From Enterococcus phage vB_OCPT_CCS1: a DNA stretch of 64,000 bases. Location of the stretch: sequence record ON113170.1; one strand, given 5' to 3'. Below, piece after piece: positions 1 to 10,400 of the stretch. The notes below the pieces were generated by a model, which saw only the letters and a program-made list of their open reading frames with translations, searched no databases and was not told the DNA's origin. The first letter of the stretch is position 1. Every line of letters starts with the position of its first letter. The position numbers were made by a program, and so were the translations under genes.

Positions 1-39
1 CCCTATTTTTATTATAACGAATTAAATGGAGGAATACAA

Positions 40-291
40 ATGTTAAAATCTACAGTATTACAAAATAAAAAAGTGGCAACATCTTTTGGAGAAGCTGAAT
101 TTAACCATTTAGGAGAAAGTCATAACTTGCCAGAGGAACATCAAAAAGCTTTAGCTGAAAAGGTACCTTATTTGACACACATTCCTGATAAGAAAGAAAA
201 ACCTAAAGAGGAAAAAGAAGTAAAAGAAGAAAAACCAAAAGCTAAAAAAGCACCTGCTAAAGCTAAAACAGCCAAAAAAGATAAAGAGTAG
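40..291 (+). CDS. small Lys/Glu-rich protein; C-terminal KKEKPKEEKEVKEEKPKAKKAPAKAK tail; function unknown
   Basis: ORF with upstream GGAGG RBS; highly charged low-complexity C-terminus. Confidence 0.45.
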   Translation: MLKSTVLQNKKVATSFGEAEFNHLGESHNLPEEHQKALAEKVPYLTHIPDKKEKPKEEKEVKEEKPKAKKAPAKAKTAKKDKE

Positions 292-302
292 GAGGTCATC
301 AT

Positions 303-1199
303 ATGTACCCAGATTACGGTTATGATGATGGTGGAAACCAAGATGTATACCAACCATATGCACATGGTAACCCAAAACATATTGACATTGCAGACCTAGA
401 TAAGATTACTCCTGCTGATTACGGTTGGACTCCTGACACGTTAAAGGCTTATATGTTTGGGGTATCTGTAGTTAACCCTGAAACAGGTGAACCATTAGGA
501 GATACATTCTATGAGCATGTAATTGACACAGCAATTGCTAAAGCCGAAAAGAAACTGGATATTGCGATTTTACCTCGTTTAATTCAAGGGGAACATCACG
601 ATTTTCACCAATCGGATTTCAACTCTTACTTATACACGCATGTGTTTAAACGACCACTAATTCAAGCTGAAAAGCTACAATTAGAAATTAATGGACGAGG
701 AATTTATCGTTACCCTGCAAACTGGTGGAAAGTATATACCCTAGCGGGGCATATCCAAATGTACCCAACAGCAATGATGCAAACAGGTACACAATTTGCC
801 TATGATTTTGCATTCTCTGGCTACCCACAATTAGCAGGTATGCCACCTTCATCTGGTCAAGTAGATGCTCCACAAATGATTCATATTGACTACGTAGCGG
901 GTATGTTACCTCGTAAGAATCGTGGATACAATGCTGAGTGGGAGTGTCCTGCTGATTTAGAGCAATTAGTAATCAAATATGCTATTAAGGAAATCTTCCA
1001 ACAATGGGGACGTTTGATTATTGGTGCCGGTATTGCAGGAAAATCCTTGTCAATTGACGGTGTAACTGAAAGTATACAAACAACACAATCTGCTATGTAT
1101 GGTGGTGCTTCTGCCGACATTAAACAGATTGACGAAGATATTGATAGACTAGAACGTGACCTAGCTTCCTACTTCGGAATGAACCTAGGAATTATTTAA
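303..1199 (+). CDS. virion structural protein of the head-tail joining region, function unknown
   Basis: 298-aa ORF; AGGAGG RBS 8 nt upstream; lies in a tightly packed operon just upstream of sheath and tube. Confidence 0.55.
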   Translation: MYPDYGYDDGGNQDVYQPYAHGNPKHIDIADLDKITPADYGWTPDTLKAYMFGVSVVNPETGEPLGDTFYEHVIDTAIAKAEKKLDIAILPRLIQGEHHDFHQSDFNSYLYTHVFKRPLIQAEKLQLEINGRGIYRYPANWWKVYTLAGHIQMYPTAMMQTGTQFAYDFAFSGYPQLAGMPPSSGQVDAPQMIHIDYVAGMLPRKNRGYNAEWECPADLEQLVIKYAIKEIFQQWGRLIIGAGIAGKSLSIDGVTESIQTTQSAMYGGASADIKQIDEDIDRLERDLASYFGMNLGII

Positions 1200-1212
1200 G
1201 GAGGGATGACTC

Positions 1213-2085
1213 ATGGCTAATGAACCAACACGTTTCAGCAGTTCAGGTTCTACAGGTAACCCTAAGCAATATATGAATGTAAGTAGACTAGAGTTTGAAA
1301 CAAAAGGTATGGATACCTTTGTAATGAACCGTGGTATAAACATTCTGTGGGAACGAGCTTGGCTTTGTACATGCCGAAATCCGATGACTCTTGCTCCTGA
1401 CTCTAATTGCCCTATTTGTAGGGGAAGAGGTATTGCCTATCAACCTGCTGTTAAGGACATAATGATTATCCAAAGTCAAGAAAAAGGTGTATCAAACCAA
1501 GATTTGGGGTTGTTCGATTCTGGTACAGCTATTGGTACAACTCCAATTGACTCTAAAATTACTTTCCGAGACAGAGTTACTGTCCCAGATGTGGAAATAT
1601 ACCAAAGTTTCATTTTTAATGTAAATAGTCGTAGATTAGAGACAGGTATGTTTTTAAGCTATGATGTTAAACGGCTAGAGGATGTGTATGGTGACAAAGG
1701 GCAAGTCCTTGTGGAGGGTAAAGACTTTACGATGGACTATAGCACGAATACTTTTTATCCTAAACAACATTTGTTAAACACGAACATCTCTATCAACATG
1801 GCAGTAACATTACGTTATCTGGTTATTGATTTACTCAAAGAAAGTCGTTACCAGTACACGAAATTTGGTGTAAAAGAACCGCTGTTTGAGAACCTTCCTA
1901 GAAAGCTCCTATTGAAGCGTGAGGACATCTTTGTTGATAGTGAACCTTTTGTATTAGAAGTAGATACGAAGTCTCGTCTAGAGGCACTAGAGAAAGAAAA
2001 AGAAATAACAGAATCTAAGATGGTAGACCCTAAACGTACAGGTTCAAGTGCGGGAGGATTCTTTGGAGGTAAACTAAATGGCTAA
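1213..2085 (+). CDS. structural/neck protein, function unknown
   Basis: 290-aa ORF; RBS AAGGAGGG; translationally coupled to neighbours. Confidence 0.55.
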   Translation: MANEPTRFSSSGSTGNPKQYMNVSRLEFETKGMDTFVMNRGINILWERAWLCTCRNPMTLAPDSNCPICRGRGIAYQPAVKDIMIIQSQEKGVSNQDLGLFDSGTAIGTTPIDSKITFRDRVTVPDVEIYQSFIFNVNSRRLETGMFLSYDVKRLEDVYGDKGQVLVEGKDFTMDYSTNTFYPKQHLLNTNISINMAVTLRYLVIDLLKESRYQYTKFGVKEPLFENLPRKLLLKREDIFVDSEPFVLEVDTKSRLEALEKEKEITESKMVDPKRTGSSAGGFFGGKLNG

Positions 2086-2701
2086 GAAAGGACAACGACC
2101 TGCACTGTTCACCAGTCCTAAAGAAATGTTAGGTAATCTGACACGAGCAATGGTAGATGAGATTCTATCTGATGCACAAGACCAAGCATTACGTGCAGGT
2201 GCTGATGTCCAAAGAATGCCTAATTATTTACAGGTAACAGAATCAAGAATGGCTAAGAGCGGTGTAATTGATTTAAAACCGTTCTTCGCTCGTTCTAGTA
2301 AGAAGAAGTACAATAAAAAAGGTGAATGGTACTTATATATTCCTATTCAAATTAAGACAAGAAAGATGTCTAGAAGATTATATGACGATTTAAGGTCTTT
2401 TCCTACAAATGGTCGTCCTGTAACAGTTAAGATGGACTATCTTTATGATAGAAGAAAACAAAGTCCCGCTGTACAAAGTATCAACTATAGCCCTAAGTCC
2501 AAAAATGTTACAATTATACCAAGAGAGTGGGGAGAAGGTACACGGAATACATATGTTACATTCCGTACAGTAAATGCCAATTCTCCGGCTAACAGTTGGA
2601 TAATCAATCGTAGTAAAGTGAACTCGGACGATATGAGTAAAACAATGTTAGCTAACATCGACAGGTTAATGAAGTGGAAATTGAAGAATTTAGGAGGGTA
2701 A
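2078..2701 (+). CDS. structural/neck protein, function unknown
   Basis: 207-aa ORF overlapping the upstream stop; GGAGG RBS. Confidence 0.55.
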   Translation: MAKKGQRPALFTSPKEMLGNLTRAMVDEILSDAQDQALRAGADVQRMPNYLQVTESRMAKSGVIDLKPFFARSSKKKYNKKGEWYLYIPIQIKTRKMSRRLYDDLRSFPTNGRPVTVKMDYLYDRRKQSPAVQSINYSPKSKNVTIIPREWGEGTRNTYVTFRTVNANSPANSWIINRSKVNSDDMSKTMLANIDRLMKWKLKNLGG

Positions 2702-2704
2702 AAG

Positions 2705-3550
2705 ATGATACCAAGTTTAGACACTTACTTGTATAAAGAATTTGAAGAAAGACTGAGAATTATCTTAGAAGAGTGCTATATTATAGACGAAGCTTTGAAG
2801 GAGATAGATTCCCAAGCTTTAGAGACATTTAAAAACACTTACTGTTCAATTGACGGTAAGGCTCCAAAGAAAGAAATCGAAATGTCGTATTCTTTCCCAC
2901 AGGAGAAGCAGAACTTTAATGCTCGTTATGTGATTACACTAGGTGGGAGTGATGAGGAGAATAAGTCAATGGGTGGTATACAGGGAGGCTATACTTACCG
3001 AGAAGGTGATATAGTTAATGAAGCTGTTCAACTTGTCCGTAATGGAAAAGATTTAATTATGAACACAACAAAGCCTGTAGCTGATTTTTTGAATAGCCCA
3101 GATATTAGTTTTTCAGAAAGCGACCATTTCAGAATTGAAAACAACAAGCCTGTATTTGATTATTCCGGTAATGAACATTTAGAAGGTAAATCTTTTAATA
3201 TTGTTTATACTGTGAAAGAGTCTGATGAGGATGTAGCAGGTGTTTACAAAGGGTACCAATCCTCCGATACCGTAAACATTGTCGGAATTAGTACAAATAT
3301 GGACACTGCCCGCTGTCTAGATGCCATCGCAAGATTAATTCTTATTACGATGCGTGACAGCTTAGATGAGAAAACAGGATACATGCTACAGACATTACAC
3401 TTTGGAGACATGCAACCTGTAATTGAATCAGGTGAGACAGTAGTATTTGGTAGACCTTGTACAATCGGGTATAAAGTGACTAATTCTATTAGTTTTGATT
3501 TAAACCGACAAATACGAGAAATTATTACCAAAAGGAGGATGAAAGCCTAA
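2705..3550 (+). CDS. structural/tail completion-like protein, function unknown
   Basis: 281-aa ORF; AGGAGGG RBS; ATGA-type coupling to the next ORF. Confidence 0.55.
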   Translation: MIPSLDTYLYKEFEERLRIILEECYIIDEALKEIDSQALETFKNTYCSIDGKAPKKEIEMSYSFPQEKQNFNARYVITLGGSDEENKSMGGIQGGYTYREGDIVNEAVQLVRNGKDLIMNTTKPVADFLNSPDISFSESDHFRIENNKPVFDYSGNEHLEGKSFNIVYTVKESDEDVAGVYKGYQSSDTVNIVGISTNMDTARCLDAIARLILITMRDSLDEKTGYMLQTLHFGDMQPVIESGETVVFGRPCTIGYKVTNSISFDLNRQIREIITKRRMKA

Positions 3551-3789
3551 TGGCAAAAGAAACAACAAAGACTAAACAAGAGAGTCCAAAGGAACAACCT
3601 AAAAAGGTTCCAAAGCCTAAAGGGTACGTTCATGTAGATACATTTTTGGGCTATGCACAAGTACTTTACGGATTGAGTAAGTATCAAGTAGCAGGCTTCA
3701 AAGCATTCATGGCAGGGAGAGAGTATCAGCACGATGATGCCGACTTTGTTCCGTTTTTGGAAAAGTATATAGGAAAGGAAGTTAAATAA
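3550..3789 (+). CDS. small basic protein, function unknown
   Basis: 79-aa ORF; RBS AAAGGAGGATGA; lysine-rich N-terminus. Confidence 0.5.
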   Translation: MAKETTKTKQESPKEQPKKVPKPKGYVHVDTFLGYAQVLYGLSKYQVAGFKAFMAGREYQHDDADFVPFLEKYIGKEVK

Positions 3790-3792
3790 TAA

Positions 3793-5502
3793 ATGGCTGT
3801 AGAACAATTCCCAAGAAAAAAAGTGTCCCGTCCACATACTGAAATTACTGTAGATACTTCTGGTATCGGTGGTGCATCTAACAGTTCTGAAAAAACATTA
3901 ATGTTAGTAGGTTCTGCTAAAGGTGGTAAACCTAATACAGTTTATCGTTTCCGTAACTACCAACAAGCTAAAGCTACATTACGTAGTGGTGAACTATTGG
4001 ATGCTATTGAATTAGCATGGAACGCTTCTGATGTGAACACTGCATCCGCAGGTGACATTTTAGCATTGCGTGTAGAAAATGCTACTAACGCAAAAATCAA
4101 AAAAGGTGGTTTAACCATCGCATCTACTATTTATGGTTTAGATGCAAACGAAATGCAAGTTGCTTTGGAAGACAATAGTTTAACAAATACTAAACGTCTG
4201 ACAATTGCATTTGCAAAAGACGGATACAACAAAGTATTCGATAACTTAGGTAAAATCTTCTCTATCAAGTATAAAGGAGACCAAGCACAAGCTTCCTTCT
4301 CTATTACAGAAGATAACATTACTAAGAAAGCAAATAAACTTATTCTAAGTGCAGGTGCTGAGGCTGATTCCCAAACTCCTGTAATGGAATATAGTTTAGG
4401 ACAAGGTGTTTACTCTGATACAAACGTATTAGTAAGTGCAATTAACAGTCTACCTGACTGGGAAGCTAAATTGTTCCCTATCGGAGATAAAAATGTACCT
4501 ACTGAAACATTTGATAAAGTAGAAAAAGCTGATGTTAAAACAGGTGAGAAATATGTTGAAGCTCTAGGCGGAGACATTGCTAAACAATTGGAATACAATG
4601 ACTATGTAACAGTAGAAATTGACCGTGCAACTCCAATTCAAGACTTTGCGTTAACTAACCTTTCTGGTGGTACAGATGGAACAGTTCCAGAATCTTGGGC
4701 TGACAAATTCCCTCTACTAGCTAATGAAGGTGGTTACTACTTAGTACCATTGACAGACAAACAAGCTGTTCATTCAGAAGCTTTAGCATTCGTTAAAGAC
4801 CGTACAGACAATGGAGACCCTATGCGTATCGTTGTTGGTGGTGGAACGAATGAAACAGTTGAAGAAAGCATTGCACGTGCTACAAACTTACGTGACCCAA
4901 GAGCTTCTGTAGTAGGATTCTCTGGAACTCGTAAAATGGATGATGGACGTTTGCTTAAATTACCGGGCTACATGATGGCTTCACAAATTGCAGGTATTGC
5001 AAGTGGGCTTGAAATCGGTGAAGCAATTACGTTTAAACACTTCACAGTAACAAGTGTAGACCGTATCTACGAAAGTGGTCAGTTAGACATGCTTAATGAA
5101 AGTGGTGTTATCGCTGTTGAGTATGTACGTAACCGTTCCTTAACTGCATTCCGTATCGTTCAAGACGTTACAACTTACAACGATAAAACAGACCCAGTTA
5201 AGAATGAAATGTCTGTTGGTGAAGCAAACGACTTCCTAGTATCTGAATTGAAGATTGAACTAGATAACAACTTCATTGGAACTAAAGTTGTAGATACAAG
5301 CGCAAGCTTGATTAAAAACTTCATCCAATCATTCCTAGATAAGAAAAAACGTGCTCGTGAAATCCAAGATTACACACCAGAAGAAGTACAAGTTGTTCTT
5401 GAAGGGGATGTAGCATCTATCAGCTTGACTGTAATGCCAATCCGTAGCTTGAACAAGATTACTGTACAACTAGTGTACAAACAACAAATCTTGACAGCAT
5501 AA
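3793..5502 (+). CDS. tail sheath protein (contractile tail)
   Basis: 569 aa, the size typical of SPO1-like sheath proteins; immediately followed by a ~140-aa tube-like gene, chaperones and the tape measure; the call rests on gene order and size. Confidence 0.55.
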   Translation: MAVEQFPRKKVSRPHTEITVDTSGIGGASNSSEKTLMLVGSAKGGKPNTVYRFRNYQQAKATLRSGELLDAIELAWNASDVNTASAGDILALRVENATNAKIKKGGLTIASTIYGLDANEMQVALEDNSLTNTKRLTIAFAKDGYNKVFDNLGKIFSIKYKGDQAQASFSITEDNITKKANKLILSAGAEADSQTPVMEYSLGQGVYSDTNVLVSAINSLPDWEAKLFPIGDKNVPTETFDKVEKADVKTGEKYVEALGGDIAKQLEYNDYVTVEIDRATPIQDFALTNLSGGTDGTVPESWADKFPLLANEGGYYLVPLTDKQAVHSEALAFVKDRTDNGDPMRIVVGGGTNETVEESIARATNLRDPRASVVGFSGTRKMDDGRLLKLPGYMMASQIAGIASGLEIGEAITFKHFTVTSVDRIYESGQLDMLNESGVIAVEYVRNRSLTAFRIVQDVTTYNDKTDPVKNEMSVGEANDFLVSELKIELDNNFIGTKVVDTSASLIKNFIQSFLDKKKRAREIQDYTPEEVQVVLEGDVASISLTVMPIRSLNKITVQLVYKQQILTA

Positions 5503-5567
5503 CAGGTCGGGGGCTTTTAGCCCCCTATACCTTACTAAAAATAATCTAAAATAGGAGTGAAACATAG

Positions 5568-5990
5568 ATGGCTAGCGTTGGAAATCAAACAGTCCACACA
5601 GGTAACACAGTTTACTTGATGATTGGTAACAAAATTATCGGACGTGCACAATCTGCATCTGGTGAACGTCAATACGGTACACAAGGTGTATACGAAATTG
5701 GTAGTATCATGCCACAAGAACACGTATACTTGAAATATGAAGGTACAATCAACCTTGAACGTATGCGTATGAAGAAAGAAGACTTAGCAAGCTTAGGTAT
5801 TACTGCTCTAGGTGAAGATATTCTTCAACGTGACATTATCGACATCGTAATGATGGATAACTTGACTAAAGAAATCGTTGTTGCTTACCGTGGATGCTCA
5901 GCTGTATCTTATAGTGAATCATTCACAGCTAACGAAATCACTAGTGAGTCCACTCAGTTCACGTACCTAACATCAGCGAAGGTAAAATAA
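5568..5990 (+). CDS. tail tube protein
   Basis: 140-aa ORF directly after the sheath gene and before terminator, chaperones and TMP; strong RBS. Confidence 0.5.
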   Translation: MASVGNQTVHTGNTVYLMIGNKIIGRAQSASGERQYGTQGVYEIGSIMPQEHVYLKYEGTINLERMRMKKEDLASLGITALGEDILQRDIIDIVMMDNLTKEIVVAYRGCSAVSYSESFTANEITSESTQFTYLTSAKVK

Positions 5991-6001
5991 GTAGTGTAAA
6001 G

Positions 6002-6034
6002 TAGACCCTGTTTATTTGGGGTCTATTTTTTTTA
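6002..6034 (+). terminator. rho-independent terminator (tagaccc-loop-gggtcta followed by T9)
   Basis: 7-bp GC-containing stem followed by a long T run, just after the tube gene stop. Confidence 0.8.
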
Positions 6035-6043
6035 TTTTAGGTA

Positions 6044-6072
6044 TTGACAATTTGTATATGTATCTATATAAT
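6044..6072 (+). promoter_or_regulatory. consensus sigma-A promoter (TTGACA, 17-nt spacer, TATAAT)
   Basis: exact -35 TTGACA at 6044-6049 and exact -10 TATAAT at 6067-6072 with 17-nt spacing. Confidence 0.75.
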
Positions 6073-6131
6073 TAGTATTGTAGTTGGTATACATTTTCGA
6101 ACTTAATCTTTCTTATCTTTATCTTACACAT

Positions 6132-6163
6132 GACCTAGCAGGAGTGCTAGGTCTATTTTTTTT
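6132..6163 (+). terminator. rho-independent terminator (gacctagc-loop-gctaggtc followed by T8)
   Basis: 8-bp stem, 6-nt loop, T run; lies ~60 nt downstream of the consensus promoter. Confidence 0.75.
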
Positions 6164-6185
6164 GCTATCATAGAGCCAACTAACT

Positions 6186-6198
6186 AGTGTGCTATAAT
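6186..6198 (+). promoter_or_regulatory. extended -10 promoter (TGTGCTATAAT)
   Basis: TGcTATAAT extended -10 about 50 nt upstream of the 6248 start; the same 11-mer recurs at 13682, 21688 and 59666. Confidence 0.5.
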
Positions 6199-6247
6199 AA
6201 GTATAGAATGCTATATTAACTTATGAAAGACATAGGAGGAATAAGTA

Positions 6248-6721
6248 ATGACTGAAAAAGAAAACAAGGTTGACTTCCCTCAGCTTAACATGACTCGTGA
6301 ACAGCTTATTGAAAAGATTAACCGTGGGGAAAACCTAACAGATGAAGAAATTAATTTACTTAAATATCATAATGCAGAAGCAGAACATAAAGAACTTAAC
6401 CGAATTATTCCGGGAGTTAACAATGTGTTCTCAAAACACTATGATTTTAAAGAATTTGGATTGGAATTTGATATTAAAATCAAAGCCCCTAACGTTGTAC
6501 AACAAGGTAAAATTCAAGCAATGCGTGAGGCTTACCTAGAAGGTATGGGTATGGCAGTAAGTAACTTTATCTTCCAATGCTATCACACGTTAGCTACTAT
6601 ACGTGTCTGTGGTGTAGAGGTTCCAAAAGAGCTAGAAAGAGATGAAGATATTTATAACATCTATATCCTAAATGTAATCGGAAAGGACTTTGCGGAGTGG
6701 TTAAACTCCTTTCGATTCTAA
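6248..6721 (+). CDS. tail assembly chaperone (G-like)
   Basis: 157-aa ORF between tube and tape measure; strong RBS; call is positional. Confidence 0.5.
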   Translation: MTEKENKVDFPQLNMTREQLIEKINRGENLTDEEINLLKYHNAEAEHKELNRIIPGVNNVFSKHYDFKEFGLEFDIKIKAPNVVQQGKIQAMREAYLEGMGMAVSNFIFQCYHTLATIRVCGVEVPKELERDEDIYNIYILNVIGKDFAEWLNSFRF

Positions 6722-6776
6722 TTTAGAAAGTTTAGGGGGTATAAAAACCCTTGTTAGAAACAACTATAGCCGTAAC

Positions 6777-7370
6777 ATGTGGGCTATTATGAAGAAGTTT
6801 AATGTGTTACCTAGTGACCCTGCATGGCAAAATCTGACACATGAACAAATAGAATGGATTCTGTATAACATGGAAAGAGATGTTGAGGAAGAACAACGTA
6901 GAGCTAAAGGTCTTGCTCTTGAAGGTGAATACGAAGACTTAGATGCTTCTTGGTATGAAGTGCCTCATGAAGAGTTTAACCCTATACGTGAAGGTCATGA
7001 CGAAGCCGAGATTGCTCGTAAGCTTAATGAAATCACTACAGAAGAAGACATGGCTAAACTTAAAGCTCGTTGGGAAGCTAGTCAAGAAGTCGATGCAATC
7101 CGTGCCGAAGGTGGTACAACGATTGAAGAAGATACAATCAATGAACTTATTGCTAACAACGTGCAGAAAGCTATTGAAGAAGCTAAACGTATTGAGAAAC
7201 ATGGTGGTAATAAGTGGGGAGATAAAACCCCAATTGAATTAGAGGAAGAGCGTAAGAATTTAGAGTTTAAATCCCAACTTAAGCAAGATGATATTCAAGA
7301 TGCAATTGCTCTGTTCAATGGTGAGAAAGAAATTGAACCAACATCATTAGATGATGATTTTGTAATATAG
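6777..7370 (+). CDS. tail assembly chaperone, second part (acidic); may be made as a frameshift fusion with the upstream ORF
   Basis: 197-aa acidic ORF between chaperone and TMP; no recognisable RBS before ATG 6777 or ATG 6789; its frame is open from 6705, overlapping the upstream ORF by 17 nt. Confidence 0.45.
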   Translation: MWAIMKKFNVLPSDPAWQNLTHEQIEWILYNMERDVEEEQRRAKGLALEGEYEDLDASWYEVPHEEFNPIREGHDEAEIARKLNEITTEEDMAKLKARWEASQEVDAIRAEGGTTIEEDTINELIANNVQKAIEEAKRIEKHGGNKWGDKTPIELEEERKNLEFKSQLKQDDIQDAIALFNGEKEIEPTSLDDDFVI

Positions 7371-7373
7371 GAG

Positions 7374-7400
7374 GGTAGGGTAAAACCCTACCTTTTCTTT
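7374..7400 (+). terminator. hairpin plus T-rich tract (weak or leaky terminator) just upstream of the TMP gene
   Basis: ggtaggg-taaaa-ccctacc followed by ttttcttt. Confidence 0.4.
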
Positions 7401-7419
7401 GTAAAGGAAGTGTGGAAAT

Positions 7420-10400
7420 ATGGCTAACAACTATCGGTTTTATGTTGATGCAATGACTGGGGATGCCATTGCAAAATTAGAAGAAGTTAACAAGTTGATG
7501 GATAAAATTGACTCTAAAAGTGCAAAGGGTACCCAGAAGTTTTTCCATACAACTCAACGGGAAATAGACGAAGCAGTAGCCGATATGCAACGTCTTATCC
7601 AAATGAAAAAGGAACTAGATAGAAACTTTGAAAAACAAAGTTCTATGGCGGAAGCTACAGGTAGCATGACAGACTTTAAACGTGCACGTGCAAACCTAGA
7701 ACAGTTACAAAGTGAGTTCCAAAAAACACAAAATGAGTTCCAAAAGTTAGCAAGCATGAAAGCTAACCCGAACTTTACGAATAAAACAGCTTTAAAAGAA
7801 CAAAGAGCATATAGAGAAGAGTTAACCGAGCAAGAAAAAGCCCTCCAAGCAATCAAGAAAGCTCAACAAGAATTAAACCATGTAAACTCTCGTGTAAACT
7901 ATAGAGCACGCCAAGCTACCTCCACAGGAAGAATGACCCACAATCAATCTGAAAGTATGAAGAAGGATTTAGGTGGTGTTGGTCTATATTCAGATACACA
8001 ACGAGAAAACAAGGAACGACAAGCTCAATTAAGAGAACAATACCGTAGACGACAAGAAGAACTATCGCAAGTACGTTCTGACACAAACTTAGATAGACAG
8101 GTTCGTAAGAACAGAGAGACATCTATTTTAGAGGAAATCAAAGGTATTGAACAAGAGATTGAAGCTCGTAAGAAATTTAATCAGACCTTGAATGATACTA
8201 TTGAGAACTTAAAAGCTAAAACAGAACAGTTAAACAATAGCAATGTCAAAGTAGAGGCGGATAGGAACTCCACTGCGGGCGTTATAGCTTCTCGTGCTCC
8301 ATCTATAGCCATTGCAGGTATAGGCTCTGCTATGGCGGCAATGGGAGGCTTATACGCTAAAGGAGCTACTGCTAATGCGGGTATGCGTGATTCAACTATC
8401 TCTTTAGGGCAACGTACAGGTAATGGTGACTTCCGTGCTATCCGTAAAGAAGCTCAAACGATGGGTATTGAGAAGCAACTTGGATATAAAGGGGCTGATA
8501 TGCTTCAATTCCAAGAAGATGCGTTAAGTAATATCGGATTTACCAACAAAGAAGACTTAACATCCAATACTAGAGCTTTAGCAGAAGGTTCACGTGCAGT
8601 TCCTGTTGATTCTGAAACCTTAAGCGGGTTTATGAACGACCAAATGCGTAGAGGCGCTGTGAGCGGTAAAGACCAAATTAAAGCGATTCAAGAAGGTTTC
8701 TTAGGGGCTATCCAAAAATCTGGTATGGTAGGTCGTGAAAAAGAGCAGTTAAATGCTTTGAAAACATTAAGTGACCAATCATTTAGTGGACGTAACGGTA
8801 GCAATGAGGAACTTAAACAACAAATGGCTATGCTTACGTTGTTGAATAAAACTGGTTCTCGTGCCGTTCAAGGTGAAGAGGGTGCTGAATTGATGACTAG
8901 CTTATCAGCAGGTATCCAAAACAGTATCTGGAATAACAAAGCCTCCCTACTTTTGGGTAAAGGTACAAAATACCAAGGTGGCGAGGGTATGTACGCTTTA
9001 AAAGGCAAAGTTGAAGAAGGAGCTACTGCGGAAAATGTAGGAGCTATTATTGGAAGTGTACAGCAATCTGGAGGTAGTGAGGACTATCAAAAATTTACAT
9101 TTGCTTCGGCTCTCCATGAATTGTTTGGAACTGATGCGAAAAACGACCAGATAGATGCTATGTGGAAAGCCTATGCAAATGGCAATCTAAATGAAGAAAA
9201 TATCAATAAGATTATGAATGAAAGCCAGTCTACTGGTAAGGACAAGTACAAGAAGAATGCAGATGACTATGCTAACTCTAAAGAGGGTATGGCTAACCGT
9301 TCCGAAGCAGTAACTGAGAAACAAGCTTCTGGTATTAATGATTATGGTGATGCTCTACGAGGAATTAACTCTAAACTAGGAGGAATCCCACCGGGTATGT
9401 ATGCTCTAGGCGCAGGTATGGGTGCCTTAGCAACTGCCTTGATTACTTCTGGTGGTATGTCTTTATTCTCTGGTAAAATAAAACAGGGTATAGGTACGAT
9501 GTTCTCAACAGGAACTACAACAGCCGGAGCAGGCAGTGCAGGCGGTTCATTCTTCAAAGGTGTAGGGCAAGCCTTTAAATCAGGTAAGGCTACTGGTGGA
9601 TGGTCAGCAGGTCTTAAGAATGCAGGTAGTACAGCTAAGGACTTAGCAGGTGCAAATATTGCTAGTGCTGATAGTATCGCAGGAGTTACTAAAGCAGGCT
9701 CTATGGCAGGTAAAGTCGGTAAAGTGGCGGGTAAGGTAGCTTTACCACTTGCTTTAGTAGGTTCCGCAATTGATATTGCAAGCTCAGATGACAAAGTAAA
9801 ATCTGTCGGAGAGAATGCCGGAGGTTTAGCAGGTGGGTTTGCCGGAGCTAAACTAGGTGCTTTAGCAGGTACAGCTATTATGCCGGGTGTTGGTACAGTT
9901 ATCGGTGGTGCTATAGGTGCTATCGGAGGTAGCTTAATTGGTAATAAAGCCGGTGGTGGTTTAGTAGATGGCGTTCGTAAGTTCTTTGGTGGAGAGGAAG
10001 CTTATGCAGACGAAGTAGATACAGGTACTTCCGCAGGTGGACAAAAAACGCTTAAGGGACAAGAGAACAAATCTGGTAAACAGGAAGAACGAGACATGGC
10101 AAACAAACATGTCCTTTCTGAAAAAACACGTGCTGAAAATAATGCTGAGGAAGCAACCAACTTGTCTATTTACTCAAAATTACTTGACAGAGCACAACGA
10201 ATATTAAACCAAGCTAGAAATCAAAATGGTATCTTTGGTAACTCTAAAGGTGCTAATAGTTCTAGTGATAGTGGTGGTATCGGTGATGACCCTGCAAGTA
10301 AAGATTTTGGTGGAGACTGGGAAAAAGCCATCCGTCAAGCTTCTAAGCAACTTGGGGTAGACGTTACTGACCAAGATGTGGACACATTACTTAAACTGAT

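Noticed and set aside
5509-5525. GC hairpin gggggc-tttta-gccccc after the sheath gene as a terminator
   Set aside because: No U-tract follows it (tatacc). It is more likely an RNA-stability or processing hairpin between sheath and tube than a terminator.
6342-7242. Nested + strand ORFs 6342-6539 and 6943-7242 (also 46242-46436 and 58555-58749)
   Set aside because: Alternative-frame ORFs inside longer genes. They have basic low-complexity translations typical of the +1/+2 frames of AT-rich coding DNA, and no RBS.
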